64,000 nucleotides of DNA from an uncultured Bacteroidales bacterium (GTDB taxonomy: Bacteria > Bacteroidota > Bacteroidia > Bacteroidales > UBA12077). The translations under genes and the position numbers were made by a program. Below are positions 28,021 through 37,294 of the stretch, one piece after another (position 1 is the first letter of the stretch; every line of letters begins with the position of its first letter). The stretch lies in assembly GCA_964450375.1 (NCBI GenBank), contig CAYVEW010000003.1:935-64934 (forward strand), read 5' to 3'. The notes under the pieces are model-generated. The model was given only the letters and a program-made list of their open reading frames with translations. It was not told where the DNA came from and searched no databases.

Positions 28021-31000
28021 TTTAATAATTTGATAGCTTAATCTTGTATTGTTAAATTCTATAGAGACAAAATAAACTCCGGGTGGAAAATTACTTATAT
28101 CAACATCCCGTTTCTTATACTTAGGATCATTGAATAGTAGCTTACCACTTTGATCTACAATCAACAATTTATACTCAATAATTTCACTTGGTATACTTAG
28201 AGTTATAATACCATTGGTTGGATTTGGGTATGCTCTTATCTGTTTATTATCTAATTTATGATTTATACTAGTATTAGTACTTTTAAACTTAATGAATAAA
28301 TTCATATTTTCAGTTACATAAGTATAAAGTGCAACATAGTAAGGGCCCTGATACCAAGAACTATCTATACCCAAGTCTTCTCCATTATAAGAAATGGAAT
28401 CTATACCATATTGTAATAATGGTTCAATGTAAATTGTTAAGTAATTACCAGCTAATAGAGTTGTATCCATTGGTGTTACTACACCATCTCCTGTTGTTGT
28501 TACGATTAAACGACAAGTGTCTCGAACAAATGTTACTTCCAGCGTATCATCTTGGAATACATCTTTTAAAGTATATATTGAAGAGTCGCCATATTCAACT
28601 AACTCGTCAAGAATACTATTCCCCCCAAATTCAGCCCTCATTATTTTATATATTAAACCTGGTTTAATAATAATTTCTGTAGTATCGATATAAGTAGTAG
28701 TAAAATTCGAAGGGTTTATTTCGCCTTGACCATGAACAATAGTTGTAATTTTGTACGTTTTTGGTTTAAACGTTAAATATAAAGTATCGTTTTGCAATAA
28801 ACTATCTATTGTATAGGTATAATGATTATCTATTTTTATAAGATCTTCAACAATGTTTTTATTACCAAACATAGCTGTATCAATAGTAAAATGATCGTCT
28901 GCTGCAATAATGTATTGAATTTTATCAAAGAATGTAATTTGAGTATCACGTGGAGTTACTGTTCCATTTTCACCAATAATGGTTTTAATATTAAAGGTGT
29001 CGGGCACGAACGTAGCTTTTATTTCATGATCAGAAGTTACATCAAAGAATGTGTAAGTAAAAATGGAATCTACGTAAATATTATCAACCCACAGTGAGTC
29101 CATTAAACAGCCAATATTGGGAACAAATGTAAATTTTCTATCTTGCCCATTAAGGACATTGGCGATTGCTGGTAGAACTTTACCATAATTATTTACAGTA
29201 ATGGAAATTGTATGATCGAAATATTCATATGCTCCAATATCAATAGTATCACCTGCTATTCTCGATTTTAATCTAAATTCAGTATCTGGCAAATTTAATC
29301 CTGTAGTATCCGGGCTTCCGGCATTAATTAATTCCGAATCTTGCCCAATCATTAAGCTATCATATAAACTTGTTCCATTAAAAGGATTTTCTGTTAGCAA
29401 TATATTGCTGGCGCTGAAAGAGGAAAGATCATTTCCTGAAGCGGTATATTTAATTATTGAACCTCCTCTATTATGCACATCATTGTTACCGCTTCCTGAA
29501 AAGTTACCATAAGCAAGGCAATTAATCATTTCACTATAATATACAATACTTCCACCTCCTTCTTCTTCTGAGTAATTATTTGACAAGCTACAATTAATCA
29601 GTTTAGAATTCCAAAAAGTATAGGAGCCTCCTCCAGAATCACTTGCGTAGTTTCCAATAAATATACAGTTGTAAAACCGATCGTATCCATCCGAATAAAC
29701 ACCTCCACCAAATTTGGCTGAGTTTTTATAAAACAAGCAATTTATAACATCTAGTCTTGCATTGCCTTCAGAATATAGTCCGCCACCGTAAATTTCTGAA
29801 TACCCGTGCTGAATTGTTAGATTTTTTAACTTAATACTTCTGGGATCGTTATAGTAATAGTCAAATTTAAATATTCTTATGCTATCTCCTCCATCTAAGA
29901 CAATTCTATTGGTTCCACCATCAATTGTCAAATTTTTATCTCCTAAAACAATCTTTGATGTAACATTTATAGCATAATCACCATCAAACAGTATTAGCCC
30001 ATTATCTTTTATGTGAGCTAAGGCCCAAAAAAAGCTTTTTTCTACTAACACATTAGAACTATTATTTGTAACAGTGATAGTATCAAAGTATTCTAATGGG
30101 GCATTTTTATAATAAGAACTTTCATAAGCTCCAATATCAATAGTGTCATTTTGAATTCGGTTATTTCCTGCTAAATCATAATCTGGTAAGCTTAAACCAC
30201 TTGTGCTAGGTGTACCTGCGTTACTGCAATAAGAATTACTATTTAATTGATAACTATTCCCTTCAAAAGGAGATGTGTATAATCGAATATTATTACTTCC
30301 TTGTAAAGCTGCATCTGCAGCACAATATTTTATAATATCACCATATACTATTTTTACATCGTCACCATTTGCAGATGTATTATTGTAAAAAAGGCAATTA
30401 ATAAAATCACTTTCCCCAGAACTATATATCCCTCCACTTTCTACTCGTGATTTATTATCTGCAAAAGTGCAGTTTACAAAAATATTTCCTTTACAACTCC
30501 AATAACCCGAACTAGTATTCGAGTAAAGAGCACCTCCAGAATAATCGGAATAATTATTAATAAATACAGAATTATAAATGGAAACACCCTCTGTTCCTGA
30601 TAATATGGGTTTTATATATATTGCTCCTCCATAAACAGCACTATTTTCTTTGAATAAACAACTTGTTATAACAAAATTACCTCCAGTGTTTATATTTATA
30701 TTTAAGGCCCCACCTTGTGATCTCGAATATCCATTTTGAAATGTTAGCGATTTAAACTGGATTACCGAAGTGGATTTACCGTTATATATAAAGAACTGAG
30801 TACTATCTCCTCCATCGAATACAATTTGATTTGCACCACCATCAATTGTTAAGCTCTTATTTCCTAATTCAATTTCAGATGTAAAATTAATTGTATAGTC
30901 ATTATTGAAAGTTATAAGGCAGCTATCATCAGCATGCGCTATTGCCCATGGAAGGGAATTATCTATTCCGGCATCAAAGCTATTATTTGTAACAACTATA

Positions 31001-32859
31001 CTTTTATATAATTCAATTGGAGTAGATAAATAATTGCTTTCAAAGGCTCCTAAATCAATAGTGTCGTTTTGTATTCTTAGATTTCCTGCTAAATCTACTA
31101 ATGGTAGATTTAAACGGGAAACATCAGGTGTACCAACATTTGAGCAATACGAATCTTTTATTAATTGTAACCTGTCGCTTCCGGTTCCTCCAATAAATGG
31201 ATTTGTCCATAGCCTAATGTTGTTTTCTCCAGTCAACATAGAAGTGGCAGCACAATGCTTAAATACTGCCGTTCCTTCTAATTCTATATTTTCTCTTGCT
31301 ACATTTGCATAAAATATACAGTTGGTAAAGGTGGCATTTTCTGTATAAGCTGCTCCGCCTCTGCTATCAGATTTGTTTTTATAAAAAGTACTATTCGTTA
31401 TTGCACTTGAACAGCGAATATAAATTCCTCCACCATTCCCATCTGTTACATCTGTAATATTATTTTCAAAAACACAATTTATAATGTTAATGTGCATGTT
31501 ATTACTAGTAAATGAACTAATTCCACCACCGCTTCCAGGTGAAGATCCATTTTGAATGAATAAGTTTTTAAGTGTAATAGTATCGCCATTTGAACCTGAA
31601 ATGGAAATAATCCTATAATTTGAGTTACCATCCAATTCAATTAAAAAACCACTTCCATCAATAGTAATACTTTCATCCAAATAAATTCCTCCCGTTAAGT
31701 CTATATGATAATTGTTATCAAAAGTTATTACAGCAGCACTATCTGCGTGTTCTATAGCCCAAGGGAGACTATATTCAACAGCGGGATCAAAACTATTGTT
31801 GGTAACTATAATAGTATCATATCTCGGATCATTATATTCATATGCTCCAATATCAATTGCAGAATCATATATTCTGTCATTTCCAATAATATCTCCTGAT
31901 AATACAGTAATTTCAGTTGTTGTTCCAGCATTTTCACAGGCAGAACCTTTAAATATACTTAAGCTATCTACACCATCATGTATAAACGGAGTTGCAGATA
32001 GTCCTATATTATTGTTAGTACCAACCAATGAATTTCCGCTTTCAACTGCACAATGCGAAAAAGTACTCGATTCTAAATAATTATCTATGTTGTTTTCGAC
32101 ACCATTTGCTTTATTATTAAATAAAATAGTGTTTGTAATGGTATTGTCCTCACAACTTATTCCACCACCACCATCAGCATTCGATGCACTATTTTGTGTT
32201 ACTGTACAGTTTATAAATTCCGTTGCATATGCATATATGCCACCTCCGTATTTTGCTGAATTACCAGCAACAACACAGTTAATAAATGTTCCTCCAATGG
32301 AATAAATACCACCACCGCCCAAGGCATAGGCTGTGCCAGATACTTCGTTGTTTAAGAAAAAGCAATTTTGAAAAGTTCCTCCTTCTGCCCGTAATGCACC
32401 ACCTTGTCCATCTGCACTTGAGATAACCGTATTGTTTTTAAAAGTACAGTTATCAACCAGTAAATTCCCTGATGAGATATATGCATACATTCCTCCACCC
32501 ATGTCAGAAGAATTTTCTATTTTTCCATTTTCAATGGTTATGTTCTTAATGATTATATTATCTGATGAAGAATAACAGGTAATATTAAAAACCCTGTCTT
32601 TTTGGTTTCCATTTAAAGTTACTCCAGTTCCACCATCAATAGTTAAAACTCCACCACTAATTCTTATGGCTGTGTCAAGATTTACAACATCAACATTAAA
32701 TAGAATCGTGTCACCATTTGATGCATTTTCGACAGCATAACGCAGCATTCCTTCAGTTGGATTATTTGCACTATCATCAGTAGAAGTAATAATATGCTTT
32801 GTTGCCTTCGATTGATAGGTAATAGCTAATAGGAAGCAGAAAACTAGAAATTTTCTCAT
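28015..32859 (-). CDS. Giant T9SS-secreted protein: four parallel-beta-helix (Pmp-like GGG/FxxN) modules, four InlB-B-repeat-like beta domains, T9SS C-terminal sorting domain
   Basis: 1614 aa with a signal peptide. Reiterated GGGIY...F.NC.F..N motifs. Each module ends in DTIDIGAYE. The C-terminal part reads IRAYPNPTNGIITLSI...GVYFVSIEFNNTRLSYQIIKL. Confidence 0.85.
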   Translation of the reverse strand: MRKFLVFCFLLAITYQSKATKHIITSTDDSANNPTEGMLRYAVENASNGDTILFNVDVVNLDTAIRISGGVLTIDGGTGVTLNGNQKDRVFNITCYSSSDNIIIKNITIENGKIENSSDMGGGMYAYISSGNLLVDNCTFKNNTVISSADGQGGALRAEGGTFQNCFFLNNEVSGTAYALGGGGIYSIGGTFINCVVAGNSAKYGGGIYAYATEFINCTVTQNSASNADGGGGISCEDNTITNTILFNNKANGVENNIDNYLESSTFSHCAVESGNSLVGTNNNIGLSATPFIHDGVDSLSIFKGSACENAGTTTEITVLSGDIIGNDRIYDSAIDIGAYEYNDPRYDTIIVTNNSFDPAVEYSLPWAIEHADSAAVITFDNNYHIDLTGGIYLDESITIDGSGFLIELDGNSNYRIISISGSNGDTITLKNLFIQNGSSPGSGGGISSFTSNNMHINIINCVFENNITDVTDGNGGGIYIRCSSAITNSTFYKNKSDSRGGAAYTENATFTNCIFYANVARENIELEGTAVFKHCAATSMLTGENNIRLWTNPFIGGTGSDRLQLIKDSYCSNVGTPDVSRLNLPLVDLAGNLRIQNDTIDLGAFESNYLSTPIELYKSIVVTNNSFDAGIDNSLPWAIAHADDSCLITFNNDYTINFTSEIELGNKSLTIDGGANQIVFDGGDSTQFFIYNGKSTSVIQFKSLTFQNGYSRSQGGALNININTGGNFVITSCLFKENSAVYGGAIYIKPILSGTEGVSIYNSVFINNYSDYSGGALYSNTSSGYWSCKGNIFVNCTFADNKSRVESGGIYSSGESDFINCLFYNNTSANGDDVKIVYGDIIKYCAADAALQGSNNIRLYTSPFEGNSYQLNSNSYCSNAGTPSTSGLSLPDYDLAGNNRIQNDTIDIGAYESSYYKNAPLEYFDTITVTNNSSNVLVEKSFFWALAHIKDNGLILFDGDYAINVTSKIVLGDKNLTIDGGTNRIVLDGGDSIRIFKFDYYYNDPRSIKLKNLTIQHGYSEIYGGGLYSEGNARLDVINCLFYKNSAKFGGGVYSDGYDRFYNCIFIGNYASDSGGGSYTFWNSKLINCSLSNNYSEEEGGGSIVYYSEMINCLAYGNFSGSGNNDVHNRGGSIIKYTASGNDLSSFSASNILLTENPFNGTSLYDSLMIGQDSELINAGSPDTTGLNLPDTEFRLKSRIAGDTIDIGAYEYFDHTISITVNNYGKVLPAIANVLNGQDRKFTFVPNIGCLMDSLWVDNIYVDSIFTYTFFDVTSDHEIKATFVPDTFNIKTIIGENGTVTPRDTQITFFDKIQYIIAADDHFTIDTAMFGNKNIVEDLIKIDNHYTYTIDSLLQNDTLYLTFKPKTYKITTIVHGQGEINPSNFTTTYIDTTEIIIKPGLIYKIMRAEFGGNSILDELVEYGDSSIYTLKDVFQDDTLEVTFVRDTCRLIVTTTGDGVVTPMDTTLLAGNYLTIYIEPLLQYGIDSISYNGEDLGIDSSWYQGPYYVALYTYVTENMNLFIKFKSTNTSINHKLDNKQIRAYPNPTNGIITLSIPSEIIEYKLLIVDQSGKLLFNDPKYKKRDVDISNFPPGVYFVSIEFNNTRLSYQIIKL
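29220..32800 (-). repeat. Intragenic tandem modules (~800-970 nt each) encoding paralogous beta-helix units
   Basis: Approximate module ends are marked by the (D)xIDxGA(Y/F)E coding sequence at ~31833, ~31031, ~30120 and ~29220. Modules 2-4 start with the same (V/T)VTNNS(F/S)...(LP/FF)WA(I/L)(E/A)H...ITF(D/N)N(N/D)Y...(S/N)(I/L)TIDG(S/G) block. Boundaries are estimated by eye. Confidence 0.6.
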
Positions 32860-32884
32860 AATCTATTATTATTTATAAATGAGA

Positions 32885-32915
32885 CAAAAATAATAGTTTT
32901 AAATTGATATGCAAA
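32885..32915 (-). promoter_or_regulatory. Bacteroidota-type promoter for the giant T9SS cargo gene
   Basis: On the minus strand: TTTG (32915-32912), 19-nt spacer, TATTTTTG (32892-32885). The start codon is 26 nt downstream of the -7 box. Confidence 0.45.
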
Positions 32916-33174
32916 AGGATGTATGATATGAGCTAGGTTGGTTTGTTATTATAATACAAAGAAAGATGGTTATATAGGTTACTAGTTTCTTCTTAAAAGT
33001 GGCAGCCAAAAACAAGTATCCAGGATTTATTTTTCCAAAATTAAATAAATCAATACAAGAGCTTTTATCAGAATGCAAAGATCGTTCGGATGTAAAACGA
33101 TTTTAGAATATGCAATGTTTCTTAGCTGTTTCCTTGTAACCCTGATTTTATCGCATTATTTCATTAAGCCCGCT

Positions 33175-33202
33175 TAAAAAGCACTGCCTAAGGTTGGTGC
33201 TG
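33175..33202 (-). terminator. Weak terminator-like hairpin after the GAF histidine kinase gene
   Basis: On the minus strand: AGCAC-12 nt loop-GTGCT followed by TTTTT. The stem is only 5 bp. Confidence 0.3.
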
Positions 33203-33214
33203 TGTTTGGGATTT

Positions 33215-34459
33215 TTAAATAGTTAGTTCAAAAGTGGTTCCGATATTAATTTTGCTTTTAACCTGAACGCTTATATCATTCTTTTCCAGAAAATCTTTCG
33301 TTAAAAATAAACCTAAGCCGGAGCTGCTTTCTCCTGATGTTCCCGAATGCTGATGTGCCCCGGAATAAGTAAACAAATTTTCTATTGTTTCCCTATCCAT
33401 TCCAATACCTGTATCTTCAATTGAAATAATGGTATGACCTCCTTTTTTACTTATCTGTATCCTGATTTTACCCTGGGTTTTATTAAACTTAACCGCATTT
33501 GAAAGAATATTCCGAAGAGAAGTTCTAAGCATATTTTCATCTGCAAATACCATGATGTTATGATCATCATAATCCTGCACAACTTCAATGTTTTTCATAT
33601 TGATGGATAACTTAAAAAAGGATAATAAACTATCAACCATCTCGATTACATTAATTTGTTTTTTTTCGGGCTCTAAATGTAGTAAATCATTTTTCGACCA
33701 ACTTAAAAGATTTTCTAAAACCATAAAAGCCGAGTTGGTCATATGATTCAATGAAATTAAATCTTTTTTTAACTTATCTTTTTCGTAAGTATCGAATTTA
33801 GTGATGATTAATTTTAAAAATTCATTTAAAGTACCAATACCACCGCGCACATCATGCGATATTAATGACAAAAACCTTGTTTTTATATCACCGGTTTCTT
33901 CCAGGCTTTTATTTAAATCTTCTAACTCAAGTTTGGAAAAAATTAATTGTAAATCCGATTCAATGTGTTTTTTTGTCAGATACAGTAATTTTTTAAAGTT
34001 ATCGTTAAAGCTATTTTCTTTATTATCTAATAAACAGACTGTTCCAAATACTTTTCCGTCGGGCCAGTTAATCGGATATCCCAGGTAAGAAATCATGTTA
34101 ATGTCAACATCAGGATTGTTTTTCCCCCACACAGTGCTTTTGGTTGCATCCGGAACAAGAAGTTCATCTTGTGTTCCAATAACTGTTTCACAATATAATC
34201 CATAAATCAGGTCTGCTTTTTCTCCGGCATGATATGGATTTCCATCCGTCTGACTTTTTAAAAGAACTTCAATCGTGTCTTCATTTAGTCTCATTATTAA
34301 ACCTGATGGAACATCAACAATTTTTGCAACGGTATCTATTAACGATTGCCATTTTTCAGTGATATTTGAAAAAACATCCAATTTTACATCCGAGCGAATC
34401 GAAACCGATTTCGTTTCGTTTCTTTCCCGAATGATAATTTTTGATTTCGTTTCTTTCAT
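33215..34459 (-). CDS. Cytoplasmic sensor histidine kinase with N-terminal GAF domain
   Basis: 414 aa. H-box FLSLISHDVRGG, N-box NILSNAVKF, G-boxes EDTGIGMD and GLGLFL. There is no response regulator in the vicinity. Confidence 0.85.
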   Translation of the reverse strand: MKETKSKIIIRERNETKSVSIRSDVKLDVFSNITEKWQSLIDTVAKIVDVPSGLIMRLNEDTIEVLLKSQTDGNPYHAGEKADLIYGLYCETVIGTQDELLVPDATKSTVWGKNNPDVDINMISYLGYPINWPDGKVFGTVCLLDNKENSFNDNFKKLLYLTKKHIESDLQLIFSKLELEDLNKSLEETGDIKTRFLSLISHDVRGGIGTLNEFLKLIITKFDTYEKDKLKKDLISLNHMTNSAFMVLENLLSWSKNDLLHLEPEKKQINVIEMVDSLLSFFKLSINMKNIEVVQDYDDHNIMVFADENMLRTSLRNILSNAVKFNKTQGKIRIQISKKGGHTIISIEDTGIGMDRETIENLFTYSGAHQHSGTSGESSSGLGLFLTKDFLEKNDISVQVKSKINIGTTFELTI

Positions 34460-34527
34460 TTTTCAATCGATTTAAATGACTCGAAGCAATTGTTAACAGA
34501 AAATAGTAGCTGCAACCATTAACCAAA

Positions 34528-35178
34528 TTACATTTTACTACCAAACGCCAAATCGCCGGCATCTCCTAAGCCGGGAACTATATAAGATTTTGAAGTTAGT
34601 TCATCGTCAATATCTCCTGCCCAAATGGTCACATTCTTCATGTTGATGTGCTTTTTTACAAAATTGATTCCCTGGTTGCTGGCAATAATGGTTGCTATGT
34701 GCGTATGAATCGGTTTTCCGCGTTCCAACAGTGCTTTGTAAGCAATTTCCATTGATGCTCCTGATGCAAGCATGGGGTCGGATAGTATAAGTATCTTGCC
34801 ATCAATGGATGGGCTCGATAAATGTTCAAACTGTATGGTAAACGATCCGTCTTTATGGTATTTTCGGTGTGCAGAAATAAAGGCATTCTCGGCCCGGTCG
34901 AAATAATTTAGTATTCCGGCATGGAAGGGCAGCCCGGCACGCAATATGGTGGCATTTACAATTTTAGATTGTGGCAGCGACATACTCGATACGCCCAACG
35001 GAGTCTGTATTTCCTTTTGTTTGTATTCTACCTGTTTACTTATTTCGTAGGCAAATATCTCACCTATACGTTCCATATTTCTTCTGAATCGCATACTGTC
35101 TTTTTGAATTTCCTTATCTCGCAGCTCGGAAATAAATAAATTCATTAAAGAATTGTTTTTTGCCAAAATATTTACCAT
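34528..35178 (-). CDS. upp: Uracil phosphoribosyltransferase
   Basis: 216 aa. PRPP loop ILILSDPMLASGASM and C-terminal YIVPGLGDAGDLAFG. Confidence 0.93.
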   Translation of the reverse strand: MVNILAKNNSLMNLFISELRDKEIQKDSMRFRRNMERIGEIFAYEISKQVEYKQKEIQTPLGVSSMSLPQSKIVNATILRAGLPFHAGILNYFDRAENAFISAHRKYHKDGSFTIQFEHLSSPSIDGKILILSDPMLASGASMEIAYKALLERGKPIHTHIATIIASNQGINFVKKHINMKNVTIWAGDIDDELTSKSYIVPGLGDAGDLAFGSKM

Positions 35179-35181
35179 CGC

Positions 35182-36096
35182 TTAATTAATTTTAATTAAA
35201 AACTTATAATACCAGGGCAGACGGTTCACGTAATATCTTTTATATTGATACTCATGTGCTCCAACTCCGCTAAAAAAATCCATATCGTTGTGTACAATAA
35301 CATTTTCAATATTCAAAGTTAATGTTTTTTCACTATGTGATTCAATAAATTTATCAATTAGATAGTGTAAGGCAAATGATTCTAATCCTTCTTTATTAAT
35401 CGCATTAAAAATTAAATGAATTTTACGCTTCGATTTCATGAACAGGGCCGCTGCACACAAGTTATTTTCTGCCGTATACGCACCGTACATTTCTACCAGG
35501 TTGTAACGAATCCCATAAGCTATAATCATTCTTAGTTTCTGGAGATCGGATGCATTTAAACGCGGATTTGCTGTTGAATTTTTTTTATAGGCAAAATGAA
35601 TTAATTCGTTTGGTGTTATAGCCTGTATTACACTTATTCTTTTACTTACTGCAATGTGAATGCATTTATGAAAATGATTGCTGTATTTTTCGGTTGATTT
35701 CATGTACGAACGAATCAAATCCATTTCGTAGGTTTTTAAAGTCGAAGTTTTTTGGTTTAATTTATTGAATTTGTTCAGTAATAAATTAATGAGCTGAAAT
35801 TTAACCGGAATCTGATTTATAAAAGCGGTAACTATCTCATTGCTTAGTATTTTATTGGAAAAAATACCTAAGCGATTACCTAATCGTGAAGAAAAGATGA
35901 TATTTCGTTTAAATTTTTCGTGATGCAGAATGGGCATAACATAATCGTAATCTCCTAAAACAAGGGCATCCCAGTTTTCGCAAATAATATTTAAGTACCA
36001 CGAATAGGCAAATATATTTCCATTTAGGGCATTATTTATACAATTATCCCAACGGACAAAATTGATCTCACTATTTTTCAGGTACTTAATATTCAA
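35182..36096 (-). CDS. Hypothetical protein (possibly a FemAB/GNAT-like fold)
   Basis: 304 aa, 3 bp downstream of... rather, immediately upstream of upp on the same strand. No diagnostic motif; the fold suggestion is weak. Confidence 0.5.
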   Translation of the reverse strand: MNIKYLKNSEINFVRWDNCINNALNGNIFAYSWYLNIICENWDALVLGDYDYVMPILHHEKFKRNIIFSSRLGNRLGIFSNKILSNEIVTAFINQIPVKFQLINLLLNKFNKLNQKTSTLKTYEMDLIRSYMKSTEKYSNHFHKCIHIAVSKRISVIQAITPNELIHFAYKKNSTANPRLNASDLQKLRMIIAYGIRYNLVEMYGAYTAENNLCAAALFMKSKRKIHLIFNAINKEGLESFALHYLIDKFIESHSEKTLTLNIENVIVHNDMDFFSGVGAHEYQYKRYYVNRLPWYYKFLIKIN

Positions 36097-36105
36097 GTTG
36101 TTTGA

Positions 36106-36798
36106 TTATAATTTTCCATCATCGGCAAAACTAAAGTAGTTATTATCGGCCACAATAATATGATCAAGCACCGAAATATCCATTAGCTGAGCGGATTCTT
36201 TTAATTTGATGGTTATGTTTTCGTCTGCTTTGCTGGGGTTTCGATTCCCCGATGGATGATTATGACAAAGTATAACTGATGATGCCAGTTTCTCGATTGC
36301 CTTTTTTAAAATGATCTTTACATCGATTACTGTTCCTGTTACACCACCCTGGCTCATTTTAAAACGATCGATTATTTTATTCGATCGATTGAGTAATAAG
36401 ATCCAGAACTCTTCGTGTGGCAAATCTCCTATAATTGGCTGGAAAAGTTCAAAAACATCCTTGCTTTGCGAGATTTTTTGTTTCTCCAGTATGTCTGCGA
36501 TTTTTCTGCGCCGCCCCAGTTCCATGGCCGCAATTATGGTAATGGCTTTTGCTTCGCCAATTCCTTTCATTTTTATAAGCTCTGCAATTCCCAATTTTCC
36601 CAGGTCGTTTAGGTTGTTATTAGCGCTTTTTAGAACTTTCTTCGACAGGTCTACTGCCGATTCGTTTTGCGTGCCGGATCCAATTAAAATGGCGATTAGC
36701 TCTGCATCGCTTAAACTGCCAATTCCACGTTTAATCAATTTTTCCCGTGGGCGGTCTTCAACAGCCCAGTCTTTAATCTTTAAATTTGAATATTCCAT
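36106..36798 (-). CDS. radC: RadC-family JAB-domain protein
   Basis: 230 aa. Helix-hairpin-helix region (LKMKGIGEAKA) and JAMM motif HNHPSGNRNPSKAD. Confidence 0.9.
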   Translation of the reverse strand: MEYSNLKIKDWAVEDRPREKLIKRGIGSLSDAELIAILIGSGTQNESAVDLSKKVLKSANNNLNDLGKLGIAELIKMKGIGEAKAITIIAAMELGRRRKIADILEKQKISQSKDVFELFQPIIGDLPHEEFWILLLNRSNKIIDRFKMSQGGVTGTVIDVKIILKKAIEKLASSVILCHNHPSGNRNPSKADENITIKLKESAQLMDISVLDHIIVADNNYFSFADDGKL

Positions 36799-36852
36799 TT
36801 CGATAAATAACAGGTTAATAAGATTAAAAATATAAACGATTCAGGAAAATTC

Positions 36853-36887
36853 AAATAAAAAAGGCGTGAATATCAATCCACGCCTTT
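36853..36887 (-). terminator. Rho-independent terminator after trxA
   Basis: 8-bp stem AAGGCGTG/CACGCCTT. On the minus strand it is followed by TTTTTTATTT. Confidence 0.65.
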
Positions 36888-36907
36888 CAAATATTTTGGT
36901 AATTTTT

Positions 36908-37225
36908 TTATAAAAGTGGTTTTAGCTTAGCTTCCAAATTGCTTTTTGGCACTGCACCAACTTGTTTATCAACAATTTCTCCATTTTTGAAGAAAAGTAT
37001 GGTTGGAATGTTTCTAATTCCATATTTTGAAGCAACACCCGGACTGCTGTCGACATCTACTTTTACACAAACCGCCTGGTCTTTGTAATCTTCAGATAGT
37101 TCTTCAACAATTGGTCCGATCATTCGGCATGGGCCACACCATTCTGCCCAAAAATCAACAATTACAGGCTTATCAGACTGTAATACTTTTTCTTCAAAAT
37201 TTGAGTCGTTAACTTCTATTGTCAT
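36908..37225 (-). CDS. trxA: Thioredoxin
   Basis: 105 aa with the WAEWCGPC active site. Confidence 0.95.
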   Translation of the reverse strand: MTIEVNDSNFEEKVLQSDKPVIVDFWAEWCGPCRMIGPIVEELSEDYKDQAVCVKVDVDSSPGVASKYGIRNIPTILFFKNGEIVDKQVGAVPKSNLEAKLKPLL

Positions 37226-37294
37226 AGTTTTTATATTTTATGTTTTAAAATAATTTACATTTAGAATATGAATACAAATTTATATATAAAATGT

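Noticed and set aside
28329-32305. Several 60-122-aa plus-strand ORFs inside the giant T9SS cargo gene.
   Set aside because: They are shadow ORFs of a repetitive, AT-rich gene whose minus-strand frame is uninterrupted for 1614 codons with clear domain motifs.
32860-33214. 355-bp non-coding gap examined for a pseudogene, mobile-element scar or sRNA.
   Set aside because: All six frames are broken within about 12 codons and there are no inverted or direct repeats. The gap contains only the consensus promoter of the cargo gene and a weak terminator-like hairpin.
36311-36835. 174-aa ORF antisense to radC.
   Set aside because: It has a low-complexity Ser/Ile/Phe-rich product with no motifs. The opposite strand encodes an unmistakable RadC (HNHPSG JAMM motif).
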